A stretch of DNA of 64,000 nt, from NCBI GenBank assembly GCA_963711255.1, contig CAVQDO010000034.1, forward strand, positions 10,553 to 74,552. The letters run 5' to 3'. The stretch is from an uncultured Gammaproteobacteria bacterium. GTDB taxonomy: Bacteria > Pseudomonadota > Gammaproteobacteria > SZUA-229. Positions 20,246 to 30,618 of the stretch are shown in pieces (position 1 is the first letter of the stretch; every line of letters starts with the position of its first letter). Below the pieces are notes generated by a model. It ran no database searches and was not told the DNA's origin. It saw only the letters and a list, made by a program, of their open reading frames with translations. Position numbers and translations under genes: made by a program.

Positions 20246-23200
20246 ATGCTGCACACTATTAGACATCACCTGAATATAACGATTGCTGCTGTCTGTCTGA
20301 TCGCCGCCCCATACGTTTATGCTGTTAATGTTGCCGATGTGGCGACTGGTGGTGTCACCGCTGCCCAAATGCAAACGGCATTAACAGGTAGTGGCGTCAC
20401 AATCAGTAATTTAACGATAACACCAATTGCAGGCTGCACGGTCAATCAGGGTGTGGGTGTTTTCAGCAATGGTACGACACCGGTCGGTCCCGGTCCGGTG
20501 CTGGGTGTGTCTACCGGTGTAGTGGTATCGAACAGTGCTTTTGATATTACTACGGGTAGTGGTGACCAGGTTGATACCTCGAATAACCGGGCTAATAATA
20601 CCAACCTGTTATGCAGCGGTACGGCCAGTGATGCAGATATTGTTGCGATTGAGCCGGCGGCAGTAGCTGGCGAATATGCTGCAATTGAATTTGATGTGGT
20701 GCCCACTGCAGCCATCCTGGCTATCCCCTTTCAATTTGGTTCAGATGAATTCCCTGAATATGTCTGCAGTAACTTTGGTGACCTGGTTGGAATATTTGTC
20801 AGTGGCCCCGGTATTTCTGGTCCCTATTCCGGTGGGCTGAATGCTGAAAACTACGCTAAAACATCATCTGGCCAGCTTTCTTCCATTAACTGGGTTAATA
20901 CGGGTGTGGTCGGTATTAACGGCAACATTGCAAACTGCGGTAGCCTGGCGAACTCGGCTTATTATTCGGATAACAGTAATGGTAATACCACAGGCGGTAA
21001 TGCTGTAGTCGCAACAACCAATGCCAATCTTGAACTGGATGGTTTTACCAATACCCTGTTTCAGCCGATTAACGTTACCCCTGGCCAGACCTACCATGTA
21101 AAAATTGCAGTAGCTGATGCCGGTGACAGGCAATATGATTCAACGGCGTTTATTCACCCTCTTTTTAGCACAACCACCTTTTCCGGTTTTGACCTGGGTG
21201 ACGCGCCGGACAGTTATAAAACCCTGACCAGCAGTGGTGGCCCGAGTCATGGCGTTGATAATTCAATTTTTATCGGTGCTGCAGCACCTGACAATGAAGT
21301 AACAGGTTTACCCTCTGTGAATGCAGATGGCGATGACCTTGATAATGCCGATGATGAAGATGGTGTGGCCAGTTTTCCTGTGCTCAGCAGCAATGCAACA
21401 AGTTACAGTGTGAATGTTAATGTCACTAATAACTCAGGCAATTCTGCCAGGCTTGTAGGCTGGATAGACTTTAATCGTAATGGCACTTTTGAGTCAGGTG
21501 AAGGTACGCAAACTAACATTGCAAATGGAACGACAGGCGCAACAGTCGCACTAAACTGGCCGGCATTAAGCGGTCTGGTTATCGGTGATAGCTATGTGCG
21601 CATACGTTTTTCCAGTGACCTTGGACTGTCTGTTTTTAGCACCGGTGGAACCATGTCTGACGGTGAAGTGGAAGACTATTCGATCCCCATTGTAGGGGTG
21701 AATTTTGACAAGTATGCCAGCACCAACGCAACCTGTAGCGATACACTCGATGCGATCACGGTTACCAGTGGTACCAATGTTTATTATTGTTATACCGTTT
21801 CAAATCCGAATGCGATTCCATTTGTTATCAGTGCTGGAAACACCTCAGATGACCAGGGCCATGATTTATCCGGACTGGAACAGAATTACCTGCCTGCAGC
21901 ATCGCAAACAGTCATTGTCGGTCCAATCGTTGCTGGCAGCGCGCAATTACCAACAGGTAACACTACGGTAAATAATGCACAGGTTATAGCCACTATTAGC
22001 GGTAACGATGTACCCGATAATGAATCAGCCAGTGTTACCGTTAATGTTATTCCGCCCGCCAGTGGCATCAAGCAGCTATATTTCGATGCCTTAAATACTG
22101 CTGCGCAAGATCTTACCCGTGTGCCGCCCGCTGCACAGACGGTAACGCCAGATTTAGATGTACTAACGCTTAACCAGTCAGTGCCATTTGCTGCGCCGTT
22201 TACTATAACCGGTGGCAGTACAACGAATGTGCAACTACGTATACGCCGTCGTAATGGTGGTGGCGGGCGTACTATTCAAGTTGATTTGTACAATGGCGGT
22301 ACAGCAACATTGATTGCTTCAAATACTGCAAACTGGAATTCAGGAGCCTGGACCACTGTTACAGTGCCACTTGCTATTGCGGCGGATGCAAACTTTGCGA
22401 TTGGTGATTTTGTTCGAGTGGTGATTACTAACACGCCAGCCAGCAATGGTGATATCAGGGTAAGTTCGCTGAGAAACGGCATTCGTTCCGAAGTACAGAT
22501 GCAGTCAGGTACGGTGATTAATGTTGATAATATTGACGTATTTTCTGCACCTTATCCCGCTGTTACAAAATTCTCATCGTATGAACCGGGAAATACCGTC
22601 TACATCCGCGCCACAGTGAGTGACCCTTTTGGCAGTGCCGATATTAACGGAGCAAACATTACCATTACTGATCCGACGCCATCGGTTCCAGTTAATAATG
22701 TTGCCATGACATCGGTTGCAACACCGACAGCTGCAACACGTGTTTATGAATACATGTATGTTATTCCAGCAACGCCAGATGGTTTCTGGAGCCTGAGTGT
22801 TACTGCCAATGAAGGTACTGAAGGTACGGTGTCACATACCGCGCTGGCAACAATGATTGTCGGTACGGCTAATATCACGGTCAGTAAAAACAGCCAGGTT
22901 TTATCCGACCCGGTTAATGCTACAGAACCAAAAGCAATTCCAGGGGCCATTGTTGAATATACTATTGGTGTAGTAAATAGCGGTTTCGGCTATGTTGATA
23001 CTGACTCATTTATTATTACCGACCCATTATCACCTAGTGTTACTTTTTACTTTGGCTCGCCGCTTGATCCGGTAAACATGATCGATGGGGTTACTGCAAG
23101 CGGTCTTACTGTGCCCTTAAATATTGGCCCTGTGGCTGATCCGCTTGATGATATTGACTATTCCAATGACGGTGGTTTATCGTATATCGTACCGACACTC

Positions 23201-23332
23201 GACGCTGGTGGTTTTGACATAACGGTACCGCCCATCAACTATATTCGTATAAACCCCAAGGGTGAATTCAGCGGCAGTGACGGGGTGAATAATCCATCGA
23301 TGGAAATCAAGTTCAGGGTCCGGGTTGAATAA
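20246..23332 (+). CDS. large secreted beta-rich surface protein (choice-of-anchor-L-like N-terminal domain, GEVED motif, repeated Ig/DUF11-like modules)
   Basis: ATG at 20246 (an upstream TTG is in the track). Signal peptide (AAPYVYA). The N-terminal ~300 aa resemble the choice-of-anchor-L domain. An acidic D-x-D stretch and a SDGEVEDYS motif follow, then ~600 aa of Thr/Ser/Asn/Val-rich beta modules. No recognisable C-terminal sorting signal. Confidence 0.6.
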   Translation: MLHTIRHHLNITIAAVCLIAAPYVYAVNVADVATGGVTAAQMQTALTGSGVTISNLTITPIAGCTVNQGVGVFSNGTTPVGPGPVLGVSTGVVVSNSAFDITTGSGDQVDTSNNRANNTNLLCSGTASDADIVAIEPAAVAGEYAAIEFDVVPTAAILAIPFQFGSDEFPEYVCSNFGDLVGIFVSGPGISGPYSGGLNAENYAKTSSGQLSSINWVNTGVVGINGNIANCGSLANSAYYSDNSNGNTTGGNAVVATTNANLELDGFTNTLFQPINVTPGQTYHVKIAVADAGDRQYDSTAFIHPLFSTTTFSGFDLGDAPDSYKTLTSSGGPSHGVDNSIFIGAAAPDNEVTGLPSVNADGDDLDNADDEDGVASFPVLSSNATSYSVNVNVTNNSGNSARLVGWIDFNRNGTFESGEGTQTNIANGTTGATVALNWPALSGLVIGDSYVRIRFSSDLGLSVFSTGGTMSDGEVEDYSIPIVGVNFDKYASTNATCSDTLDAITVTSGTNVYYCYTVSNPNAIPFVISAGNTSDDQGHDLSGLEQNYLPAASQTVIVGPIVAGSAQLPTGNTTVNNAQVIATISGNDVPDNESASVTVNVIPPASGIKQLYFDALNTAAQDLTRVPPAAQTVTPDLDVLTLNQSVPFAAPFTITGGSTTNVQLRIRRRNGGGGRTIQVDLYNGGTATLIASNTANWNSGAWTTVTVPLAIAADANFAIGDFVRVVITNTPASNGDIRVSSLRNGIRSEVQMQSGTVINVDNIDVFSAPYPAVTKFSSYEPGNTVYIRATVSDPFGSADINGANITITDPTPSVPVNNVAMTSVATPTAATRVYEYMYVIPATPDGFWSLSVTANEGTEGTVSHTALATMIVGTANITVSKNSQVLSDPVNATEPKAIPGAIVEYTIGVVNSGFGYVDTDSFIITDPLSPSVTFYFGSPLDPVNMIDGVTASGLTVPLNIGPVADPLDDIDYSNDGGLSYIVPTLDAGGFDITVPPINYIRINPKGEFSGSDGVNNPSMEIKFRVRVE

Positions 23333-23371
23333 GCAAGAGTTAAAATTAACTTGATCCAGCAGACATAAAAA

Positions 23372-23395
23372 AGCTGGTTATATAAATAACCAGCT
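23372..23395. terminator. perfect 10-bp stem hairpin (AGCTGGTTAT-ATAA-ATAACCAGCT) between convergent genes; candidate bidirectional terminator
   Basis: Stem-loop read from the sequence, flanked by A/T-rich sequence between the adhesin stop (23332) and the DUF1631-like stop (23458). Confidence 0.5.
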
Positions 23396-23457
23396 ACAAG
23401 GGTGCTGCTTTATAATTGTTGTTTATTCGTTATCCGGGTTCGTAATGCGCCGAGATA

Positions 23458-25635
23458 TTATGCTGCCAGCGCAGTAATTACGTTTCCTAAAGCGTGGTCA
23501 AAGGTTGAATGGTCAGCCAGTACGCGTGATCGATTTTCTTCCAGTTCACGGGCAAAATCTTCAGCATCTTTTTCAATTACTTTTATGCCTTTCCTGTTAA
23601 CAAAGACCAGCTGCGCGGCATCAGTAAGAATAACGGATAATTTAAGCCGTCTTACCGGTTTGTCTTCACCGTTATAAATTTCATACCACATGCCCGGTTT
23701 TGTAGAGTTGGTCAATTGCGCTATTTTCTGTTTGGCAATATCAGTTTGTTGCTGTATAAATTCAAGTTCTTCCTGTAAGTTGTCGCTCGACGCTTCACAG
23801 ATGTCTTCTTCAATTTCACTGTTGTTTTCATCCACAACTTTATAGCCGAACTCATCAATCATCGACATGAGATAATTTTTTAATTCTGAAATCTGGTTAC
23901 TGATTTCATCTTTATTCTGTTGTGTTTCGTATAACTCATCATTCATCGCTTCGAGCAATGCAGCGTGATTGTTTTTGATCAGATCGTATTGTGAATTGTA
24001 CTTAATAGGCTGTATACATTTCAGTAAGAGTTTCAGCAGCAATACAGATTGCAGCCACTCTTCACTATTACGCCCGTGCCGTATATAACGGTTAAGCATT
24101 AATGTGGACCAGTGTTTAAGCACTAATGGCCTGACATTATTTGGTATTTTTTTATCGCAGGAAATCATTTTCAACTGTGTAATAACAATGTTACGTGCAT
24201 GTTCCTGCAGGATTTTTTTCTGTTCAGATCTTTCTGTCTCTGAAGTTAACGCGTCTTCTTTCTGCAGGATAATTTCAAGTGCGTCTACAGCCTCTTCGAA
24301 CGACTGTATGTCGATATCGAATTTATCAAGAATGTCATCAACGATACTTTCTAGTTCATCATAAAGATGGTCTTCTTTGGCGTTGATGCCTTTGCCAGCA
24401 GTGGTTAACAGGTCTACGGTATTTCTCGCTGGATGTTTTTCATTATCAAAAAGTGTACGGTCCATCATCGCTACTTTCATTACAGGTACCTGTAACTGGT
24501 AAATTAAGCTGGTCATAATTTCTGATACAGTCGTGTCATCAGAGATTGCGCCAAACATCATACCTACAAAATCGATACTTCTCTCATCAAGTAAATTAAC
24601 CTGCTTATCAACAATGCCACCATTTTGTTTACTGATGTCAGAAAGAACTTCCTGCTTGATTTCTTCTGTCGTCAGGATTTCTGCAGCAGTATTTAACGTT
24701 GATATTTTTCGTTGTAGTGATGACAGCGCTTTAACAACTTCTTTACGCTGGTAACAGTTCTTGCCTTCTATGTCCTGCTGTGTCGGTGTACGCAAAAATG
24801 ATTCAGGTAATTGCAGTTCATCGCCACTGATTGTCATGTCGCCGCTCATGAATTCGTTAACGATACGACTGATATCCTGATTAGAGCGAGGAATAAAATC
24901 TGTAGATACTTTTTCTGTTGGATCGTAGTAGCTGGCGACCTGTGTAGAAACTTGATCCTCTTCTTCGACTTCTTCCTGCTTGGTTGTTTTCAACATGATT
25001 TCAGGCATGATGTTATTCTCAATGAGAATCTTGTTAATGGCTTTAAACATTACACCAAGTTTTGAGCAGACTTCCTGATCAAAGAGTTTGTAGAACACCA
25101 GTTTTACTTCAATATCTATATCAATGTTTTCGATGGTTTTCTGAAAAACCTGGCATATGTGCCTGGGATCGAGTGATTCTTTGTCAATAGCGTTCTCATA
25201 CATCAACTCGATGTATTCAAGACGCGCTTCAAGGTGATTAACGTCTTCACCATATAAATTCATTGCTTTGGCGTGCATGGTTGTAATCGCAACCATTTCA
25301 TCCATTTCATCCTGACCTACCAGGCTCAGCTCGTTTTCGTCTTTTGCAGATAAGGACTTTGAAGTTGATAATGCGTGGTTAAGGTTGATAAAGAAATGAT
25401 GGCTGATGTCATTTTTTTCAGTTCTGAATATACGGGTGCAGTCCATATATTTCATCTGTTCTTCATCAGTGGCTGCTTTTTCAGCGAGATCGAACAACAT
25501 GTTATCCGCGCTGTTAAGCATCTGATTGATCAAAATCATCAGGTGATCATTGACGCTGGTAAATACCTTATCAATGATTTTCGAATATTTAAGCGATTCG
25601 TTATTTTGTACTGAAGTGTCTTGATTTAAGCCCAT
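23458..25635 (-). CDS. DUF1631-like large acidic cytoplasmic protein of unknown function
   Basis: 725 aa with no TM helices. Highly acidic and helical, with a PilZ-like C-terminal segment (KPGMWYEIYNGEDKPVRRLKLSVIL...QLVFVN). The overall size and composition resemble gammaproteobacterial DUF1631 proteins; the family assignment is tentative. Confidence 0.45.
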   Translation of the reverse strand: MGLNQDTSVQNNESLKYSKIIDKVFTSVNDHLMILINQMLNSADNMLFDLAEKAATDEEQMKYMDCTRIFRTEKNDISHHFFINLNHALSTSKSLSAKDENELSLVGQDEMDEMVAITTMHAKAMNLYGEDVNHLEARLEYIELMYENAIDKESLDPRHICQVFQKTIENIDIDIEVKLVFYKLFDQEVCSKLGVMFKAINKILIENNIMPEIMLKTTKQEEVEEEDQVSTQVASYYDPTEKVSTDFIPRSNQDISRIVNEFMSGDMTISGDELQLPESFLRTPTQQDIEGKNCYQRKEVVKALSSLQRKISTLNTAAEILTTEEIKQEVLSDISKQNGGIVDKQVNLLDERSIDFVGMMFGAISDDTTVSEIMTSLIYQLQVPVMKVAMMDRTLFDNEKHPARNTVDLLTTAGKGINAKEDHLYDELESIVDDILDKFDIDIQSFEEAVDALEIILQKEDALTSETERSEQKKILQEHARNIVITQLKMISCDKKIPNNVRPLVLKHWSTLMLNRYIRHGRNSEEWLQSVLLLKLLLKCIQPIKYNSQYDLIKNNHAALLEAMNDELYETQQNKDEISNQISELKNYLMSMIDEFGYKVVDENNSEIEEDICEASSDNLQEELEFIQQQTDIAKQKIAQLTNSTKPGMWYEIYNGEDKPVRRLKLSVILTDAAQLVFVNRKGIKVIEKDAEDFARELEENRSRVLADHSTFDHALGNVITALAA

Positions 25636-26007
25636 TGCAATGATCCAAAATAATATATGGTTAAAAAAGCACCAGTATTTGGCGTTTTACACGCACAATA
25701 AAGGGTGTTTTATTATATTTTTAAGTACATTTTGGGTTGCATGCGGTGAGTACAGGCATGCAGTAGAAATTTATGATTTATTCAATTGAGTTGTAACTGT
25801 TTGAAATATCTAAAAATAGAATGTTTATTATAGAAACTGCCAAACAACTGTTAAACACTTAATGTAACTATAGTCTGGTGTGACATTATTTCAACAGGTT
25901 TGTACCAAAAATTGACAGCTCACTGTTGATTTTCCGACAGACGGTCTATTTGCCTGGAGCGCTTCTAAAATTTGGCCAATGTTTTAGACAATTTCCAGTA
26001 AATTGAA

Positions 26008-26394
26008 TCACTTAGTACCCTGCTGCTTATTGTTTGCCCGGTATAGATAATCATGGATCACTGATAATTGATCTTCGTCGACAATCAGAAAGTGTGGTGT
26101 TCCGTTTAGCTTTTTATTATGTGCCCGCATCCAGTGGTACATGGCAACGCCGCTACCATCAAAGTAATCATATAACTGCTGGTAGGTTTCAATAAAAAGT
26201 GCCGCGCGCTGCCCTGCTTCACTATCCTGTTTAATAAGACGTTTGCCGGATGTTAACTCGCCAATATCGCTGCACTGCAGCTTTAAAATGCGTGCCAGTT
26301 CGGCGTGATACATGCCCAGTAATTCAATAACCTGTATAACCGAGCAGGTAAGCTTACGCTCATTTTGAGCGGGATTATCTAGCTTGAAAACCAT
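26008..26394 (-). CDS. DUF2384 (Xre/MbcA/ParS-like antitoxin toxin-binding domain) protein, orphan
   Basis: 128 aa; C-terminal HWMRAHNKKLNGTPHFLIVDEDQLSVIHDYLYR fits the DUF2384 pattern W..pn..LgG.tP..l...G...v...L. No RES/ART toxin gene is adjacent. Confidence 0.55.
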   Translation of the reverse strand: MVFKLDNPAQNERKLTCSVIQVIELLGMYHAELARILKLQCSDIGELTSGKRLIKQDSEAGQRAALFIETYQQLYDYFDGSGVAMYHWMRAHNKKLNGTPHFLIVDEDQLSVIHDYLYRANNKQQGTK

Positions 26395-26416
26395 GATTTA
26401 TCGCTTACATAGACAG

Positions 26417-27058
26417 TTAGATATAAATGGGACTGTCACCACTTTTCCATAATTCATGTTTCTGAAAAACATCCTGAAAAAGTTCGGAGTCGATTAGTTT
26501 ATCAAGCCATGCTTTGACCCTGACATATCGTGACTGCTCAAACCATTCCTTATCAACCAGTGAAAATTGACGCACAAACGGAAAGACACCGATATCTGCC
26601 ATTGTTATACGGTCGCTTAACAGGAACGTATTGTCATTGAGCATGTCTTCCAGTTCTTCGATGAATTCTTCGCAGGCGTGACGATAATAGTCGGCACTGT
26701 GTTCCGGATAGCGATCAGCATACTTATAGTGGTCGAGATCTTCCTTGAATGAAAAATCGTTGGTTTCGATGAGGATTTCTGAATCAAGTAAAAACTCATT
26801 ATCTGTGCCAAGCCAGTTGTCAGGATCATTTTGCTGCAGCGCCCATTTGACTATGTCCCAGCTTTCATCAATGACTTTGCCATCAGGCAGAACCAGCACA
26901 GGCACTGTTTCATGTTCTGAAACGGACAGCGCTTCTTCGGGCATGTTGCTTAATTCCACTTCGCGCAGCTCAACGGTCTGAGCCGATACTTTTAACGCCA
27001 TATGCGCGCGCATGCAGTACGGGCAGCGGCGAAAGCTGTATAAAACGGGGTGAGTCAT
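26417..27058 (-). CDS. glutathione S-transferase / glutaredoxin-2-like protein
   Basis: 213 aa; N-terminal thioredoxin-like domain with CPYC (YSFRRCPYCMRAHMAL) and a C-terminal helical GST-C domain. Confidence 0.75.
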   Translation of the reverse strand: MTHPVLYSFRRCPYCMRAHMALKVSAQTVELREVELSNMPEEALSVSEHETVPVLVLPDGKVIDESWDIVKWALQQNDPDNWLGTDNEFLLDSEILIETNDFSFKEDLDHYKYADRYPEHSADYYRHACEEFIEELEDMLNDNTFLLSDRITMADIGVFPFVRQFSLVDKEWFEQSRYVRVKAWLDKLIDSELFQDVFQKHELWKSGDSPIYI

Positions 27059-27338
27059 AATTCTAAAGTTTATCGTATTTGAATTTAAATATAATCAGCA
27101 AAACACTCATTATTGCGATAAGACTGGCACCGGATAACAAAGGTATGTTTTGTGTCATGGCGGCATGTGCAGCCCAGAAGCCATTGCCTGAAACCGATAA
27201 TACGAGCATCAGCATTGAAACATCATCAGTATGGCGTGTTTGTCAATGCTTTAAAAATTTGCGGCACAAGAATCAGGGTGCAGAGTATTGACGCGATCCA
27301 GCCTAATAAAACTTCTATAGTCACGGGTTAATCCTACT

Positions 27339-28331
27339 CTAACGATGTTTTTGGCTTGAGAGCCTGTTTTGCTGACGTACAGCTTCTTTTTCCTGTTTTC
27401 TGTGCTGGCTGATGATATTCGCTTCAGAGCCAAGGTGCTGCTCGCCGCGTTCTCTGGCCAGTTGCATCTGTCGCTCTCGTTCGGCAAAGCGATGACGTTG
27501 CTGTTCTGATTTTTTATCATGGCAGCTGGGGCAGCTAACACCGGCTATATATTTTTCACTTTGTTTATCATCTTCTGTAATCGGCAGGCGGCAGGCATGG
27601 CACTGGTCGTAACTGCCTTTTTCAAGGTTATGGTCGACACTGACGCGGTTATCAAAGACAAAGCATTCGCCCTGCCACAATGATTCATCCTGCGGTACAG
27701 TTTCCAGGTATTTAAGAATGCCGCCCTGCAGGTGATACACTTCTTCAAAACCCTGCTCTTTTAAATAAGCGGTCGATTTTTCACAGCGGATTCCGCCGGT
27801 ACAGAACATGGCGACTTTTTTATGTTTGCCGGGTTCCATGTTGTTTTTAACGTACTCGGGAAATTCTCGAAAGGTTTCAGTCTCAGGGTTGACCGCATTT
27901 TTAAAAGTGCCGATACCTATTTCATAATCGTTGCGTGTATCGACCAGCAGGACGTCCGGGTCAGAAATTAAATCATTCCAGTCTTCAGGCTTAACATAAG
28001 TCCCTACAACACGGTTCGGATCAATACCGGTGACACCCATGGTGACAATTTCTTTTTTGAGTTTTACCCGGGTGCGGTAAAACGGCATCGTGTGTTCATA
28101 GGATTCTTTGGTGCGCAGGTCTTTAAGTCGTTCATCAGAGCGCAGCCAGTGGTGCAGCTTATCGATGGCTGCCCTGCTACCAGCGACAGTACCGTTAATA
28201 CCTTCCTGTGCAAGTAACAAGGTCCCCTTAATGTCGTTTTCAACCATGTAGTCGTACAATGGTTTGCGCAGTGCCTGATAGTTATCAAGCGTAACAAAAT
28301 GATAAAGCGCAGATACAACGAAATGCGGCAT
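27339..28331 (-). CDS. trhO: tRNA uridine(34) hydroxylase TrhO (rhodanese-related sulfurtransferase YceA, UPF0176)
   Basis: Collinear with E. coli YceA ([20 protein letters not shown], Cys-rich C-terminal Zn-ribbon-like CHACRL...SCPSCHDK). Confidence 0.9.
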   Translation of the reverse strand: MPHFVVSALYHFVTLDNYQALRKPLYDYMVENDIKGTLLLAQEGINGTVAGSRAAIDKLHHWLRSDERLKDLRTKESYEHTMPFYRTRVKLKKEIVTMGVTGIDPNRVVGTYVKPEDWNDLISDPDVLLVDTRNDYEIGIGTFKNAVNPETETFREFPEYVKNNMEPGKHKKVAMFCTGGIRCEKSTAYLKEQGFEEVYHLQGGILKYLETVPQDESLWQGECFVFDNRVSVDHNLEKGSYDQCHACRLPITEDDKQSEKYIAGVSCPSCHDKKSEQQRHRFAERERQMQLARERGEQHLGSEANIISQHRKQEKEAVRQQNRLSSQKHR

Positions 28332-28517
28332 AGTTATTTCCTGTGTTTGAATTGCCCGGTTCCCCGTGAAATGTGTTGTTTAATACAGGGTCAGCTAAAG
28401 CGCTAATTTTACCCTATGTTTGGCCGTGATGCCTGTCCATGTATAAAATATGCGCCATATACTGTTAATATCCGCTTCATAAATAATAATCCAGAAATAC
28501 AATAACCAAGAAAAACT

Positions 28518-29855
28518 ATGCAATTGATCAATGAGTGGGTTTCAGCCCTGAACAGCATTGTCTGGGGCCCGTTAATGCTGTTCCTTATTTTAGGAACCGG
28601 CCTGTATTTGATGTACGGCCTGTCATTCATGCCTTTACGACGAATTGGCTACAGCTTCAGGCTGTTATGGCAGGGACGTGAAAAGAAAGACGGCGAAGGC
28701 GATATTGCGCCATTTAATGCCCTGATGACCTCCCTTTCTGCCACTATTGGCACCGGCAATATTGCGGGAGTGGCGACTGCCATTTTCCTCGGTGGCCCGG
28801 GTGCCCTGTTCTGGATGTGGTGTACTGCCCTGGTTGGTATGGCGACAAAATATGCCGAAGCGGTACTTGCTGTTAAATACCGGGAGGTGGATGGCAATGG
28901 ACATCATATTGGCGGCCCTATGTTTTATATCAAAAACGGGCTGAAACCACACTGGGCCTGGCTAGGCACCTGTTTTGCGATTTTTGGTGCACTTGCCGGT
29001 TTCGGCATCGGAAACACCATACAGGCTAATTCTGTCGCCGATGTAATGAACAATACCTTTGCGGTACCGCACCTTGTAACCGGGGTTATTATCGCAATAC
29101 TGGCTGCACTGGTATTGATTGGTGGCATTGAGCGTATTGCCAGTGTCGCCGGCAAGCTGGTTCCACTAATGGCACTAACTTATCTGTTTTCTGGTCTGTT
29201 CATTTTACTGCTGAATTTCGAAACATTGCCTGCTGCTTTTTCATTGATATTTACACACGCGTTCACCCCGGTCGCAGCGACTGGCGGCTTTGCCGGTGCT
29301 GCTGTATGGGCAGCGATACGTTTCGGTGTGGCACGTGGTATTTTTTCCAACGAAGCCGGATTAGGCAGTGCGCCCATTGCTCATGCCGCAGCAGCTACCA
29401 ACAATCCGGTAAAACAGGGACATATTGCGATGCTGGGAACATTTATTGATACCATCATCCTTTGCTCGATTACGGGTCTGGTGATCATTACCAGCGGTGT
29501 ATGGACACAGGGGGAAACCGGAGCAAGCCTGTCATCGGCCGCTTTCGAATCACTGCTTCCGGGTGCAGGTGGTTATATTGTTACCTTTGGCCTTAGTATT
29601 TTTGCTTTTACCACAATATTAGGCTGGAGCTTTTACAGCGAAAAATGTGTTGAGTTCCTGCTGGGTGAACGCGCAATAAAAGTATTTAGATTGTTCTGGA
29701 TAGTGGCCATACCTATTGGTGCTTCCGCCAGCCTGGATTTTATGTGGCTGGTTGCCGATACCCTGAATGCTTTAATGGCAATTCCTAACCTGCTTGCACT
29801 GATATTATTAAGTCCGGTTGTTTTTAAATTGACCAGAGAGCACTTTAATCAATAA
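28518..29855 (+). CDS. alanine/glycine:cation (Na+) symporter, AGCS family
   Basis: 445 aa with ~11 TM helices and the AGCS family N-terminal region (WGPLMLFLILGTGLYL...). Confidence 0.9.
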   Translation: MQLINEWVSALNSIVWGPLMLFLILGTGLYLMYGLSFMPLRRIGYSFRLLWQGREKKDGEGDIAPFNALMTSLSATIGTGNIAGVATAIFLGGPGALFWMWCTALVGMATKYAEAVLAVKYREVDGNGHHIGGPMFYIKNGLKPHWAWLGTCFAIFGALAGFGIGNTIQANSVADVMNNTFAVPHLVTGVIIAILAALVLIGGIERIASVAGKLVPLMALTYLFSGLFILLLNFETLPAAFSLIFTHAFTPVAATGGFAGAAVWAAIRFGVARGIFSNEAGLGSAPIAHAAAATNNPVKQGHIAMLGTFIDTIILCSITGLVIITSGVWTQGETGASLSSAAFESLLPGAGGYIVTFGLSIFAFTTILGWSFYSEKCVEFLLGERAIKVFRLFWIVAIPIGASASLDFMWLVADTLNALMAIPNLLALILLSPVVFKLTREHFNQ

Positions 29856-29878
29856 GCGTTAACCGCTTTTCTATTGGC

Positions 29879-30616
29879 ATGTTTCCTGATTTTACGATAC
29901 TGGATATAGCGCTTAGCGCGTTGCTGTTTATGTGGGCAGGCTTTGTCCGCAGTGGCCTGGGTTTTGGCGGCGCTGCCCTGGGGCTGCCTTTCATGCTGTT
30001 TATTTATAATCAGCCGCTTTACTGGCTGCCGCTAATTGGTGCCCACCTGCTGTTTTTTTCCGCCTTAACACTGCGCACCCGCTTGAACAATGTTAACTGG
30101 GAGTATTTAAAATCCTCCCTTTACTACATTATCCCGCCGGCACTGGTCGGGGTATTTGGTTTGATTAGTCTGCCCAATCTGTGGATTGTTACTTTCATAT
30201 ACAGTATTACCCTGTTCTATGCCGTGATGTGGCTGTTGAATAAAAGTATTCACAGTGAAAGTGCCTGGATAGACCGGTTTCTATTGATCTTTGGCGGTTA
30301 CGTTGCCGGTACCTCGTTGACTGGTGCGCCGATAATGGTTGCGGTATATGTGCGTAATGTTGTTCAGTCACAATTACGTAATACGCTTTTTGTGCTCTGG
30401 TTTATTTTAGTCAGTATTAAAATGACTACGTTTGCGGCTTTAGGTGTGGATTTGAATATTATGACTGCCCTTGTCTTGCTGCCGGTTGCGGCGATTGGGC
30501 ATTTTATTGGATTGAAGACGCATGACATTATTTTGCAGAATGATGTTTTGTTTAAGCGGGTTATTGGTGGCATGTTGATGGTTGTTAGCGGGCTGGCGCT
30601 TTGGAATATTTGGTAG
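29879..30616 (+). CDS. TauE/SafE (DUF81) family sulfite/anion exporter-like membrane protein
   Basis: 245 aa with 7-8 TM helices and the Gly-rich first helix motif GFVRSGLGFGGAALGLPFMLF. Confidence 0.75.
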   Translation: MFPDFTILDIALSALLFMWAGFVRSGLGFGGAALGLPFMLFIYNQPLYWLPLIGAHLLFFSALTLRTRLNNVNWEYLKSSLYYIIPPALVGVFGLISLPNLWIVTFIYSITLFYAVMWLLNKSIHSESAWIDRFLLIFGGYVAGTSLTGAPIMVAVYVRNVVQSQLRNTLFVLWFILVSIKMTTFAALGVDLNIMTALVLLPVAAIGHFIGLKTHDIILQNDVLFKRVIGGMLMVVSGLALWNIW

Positions 30617-30618
30617 TT

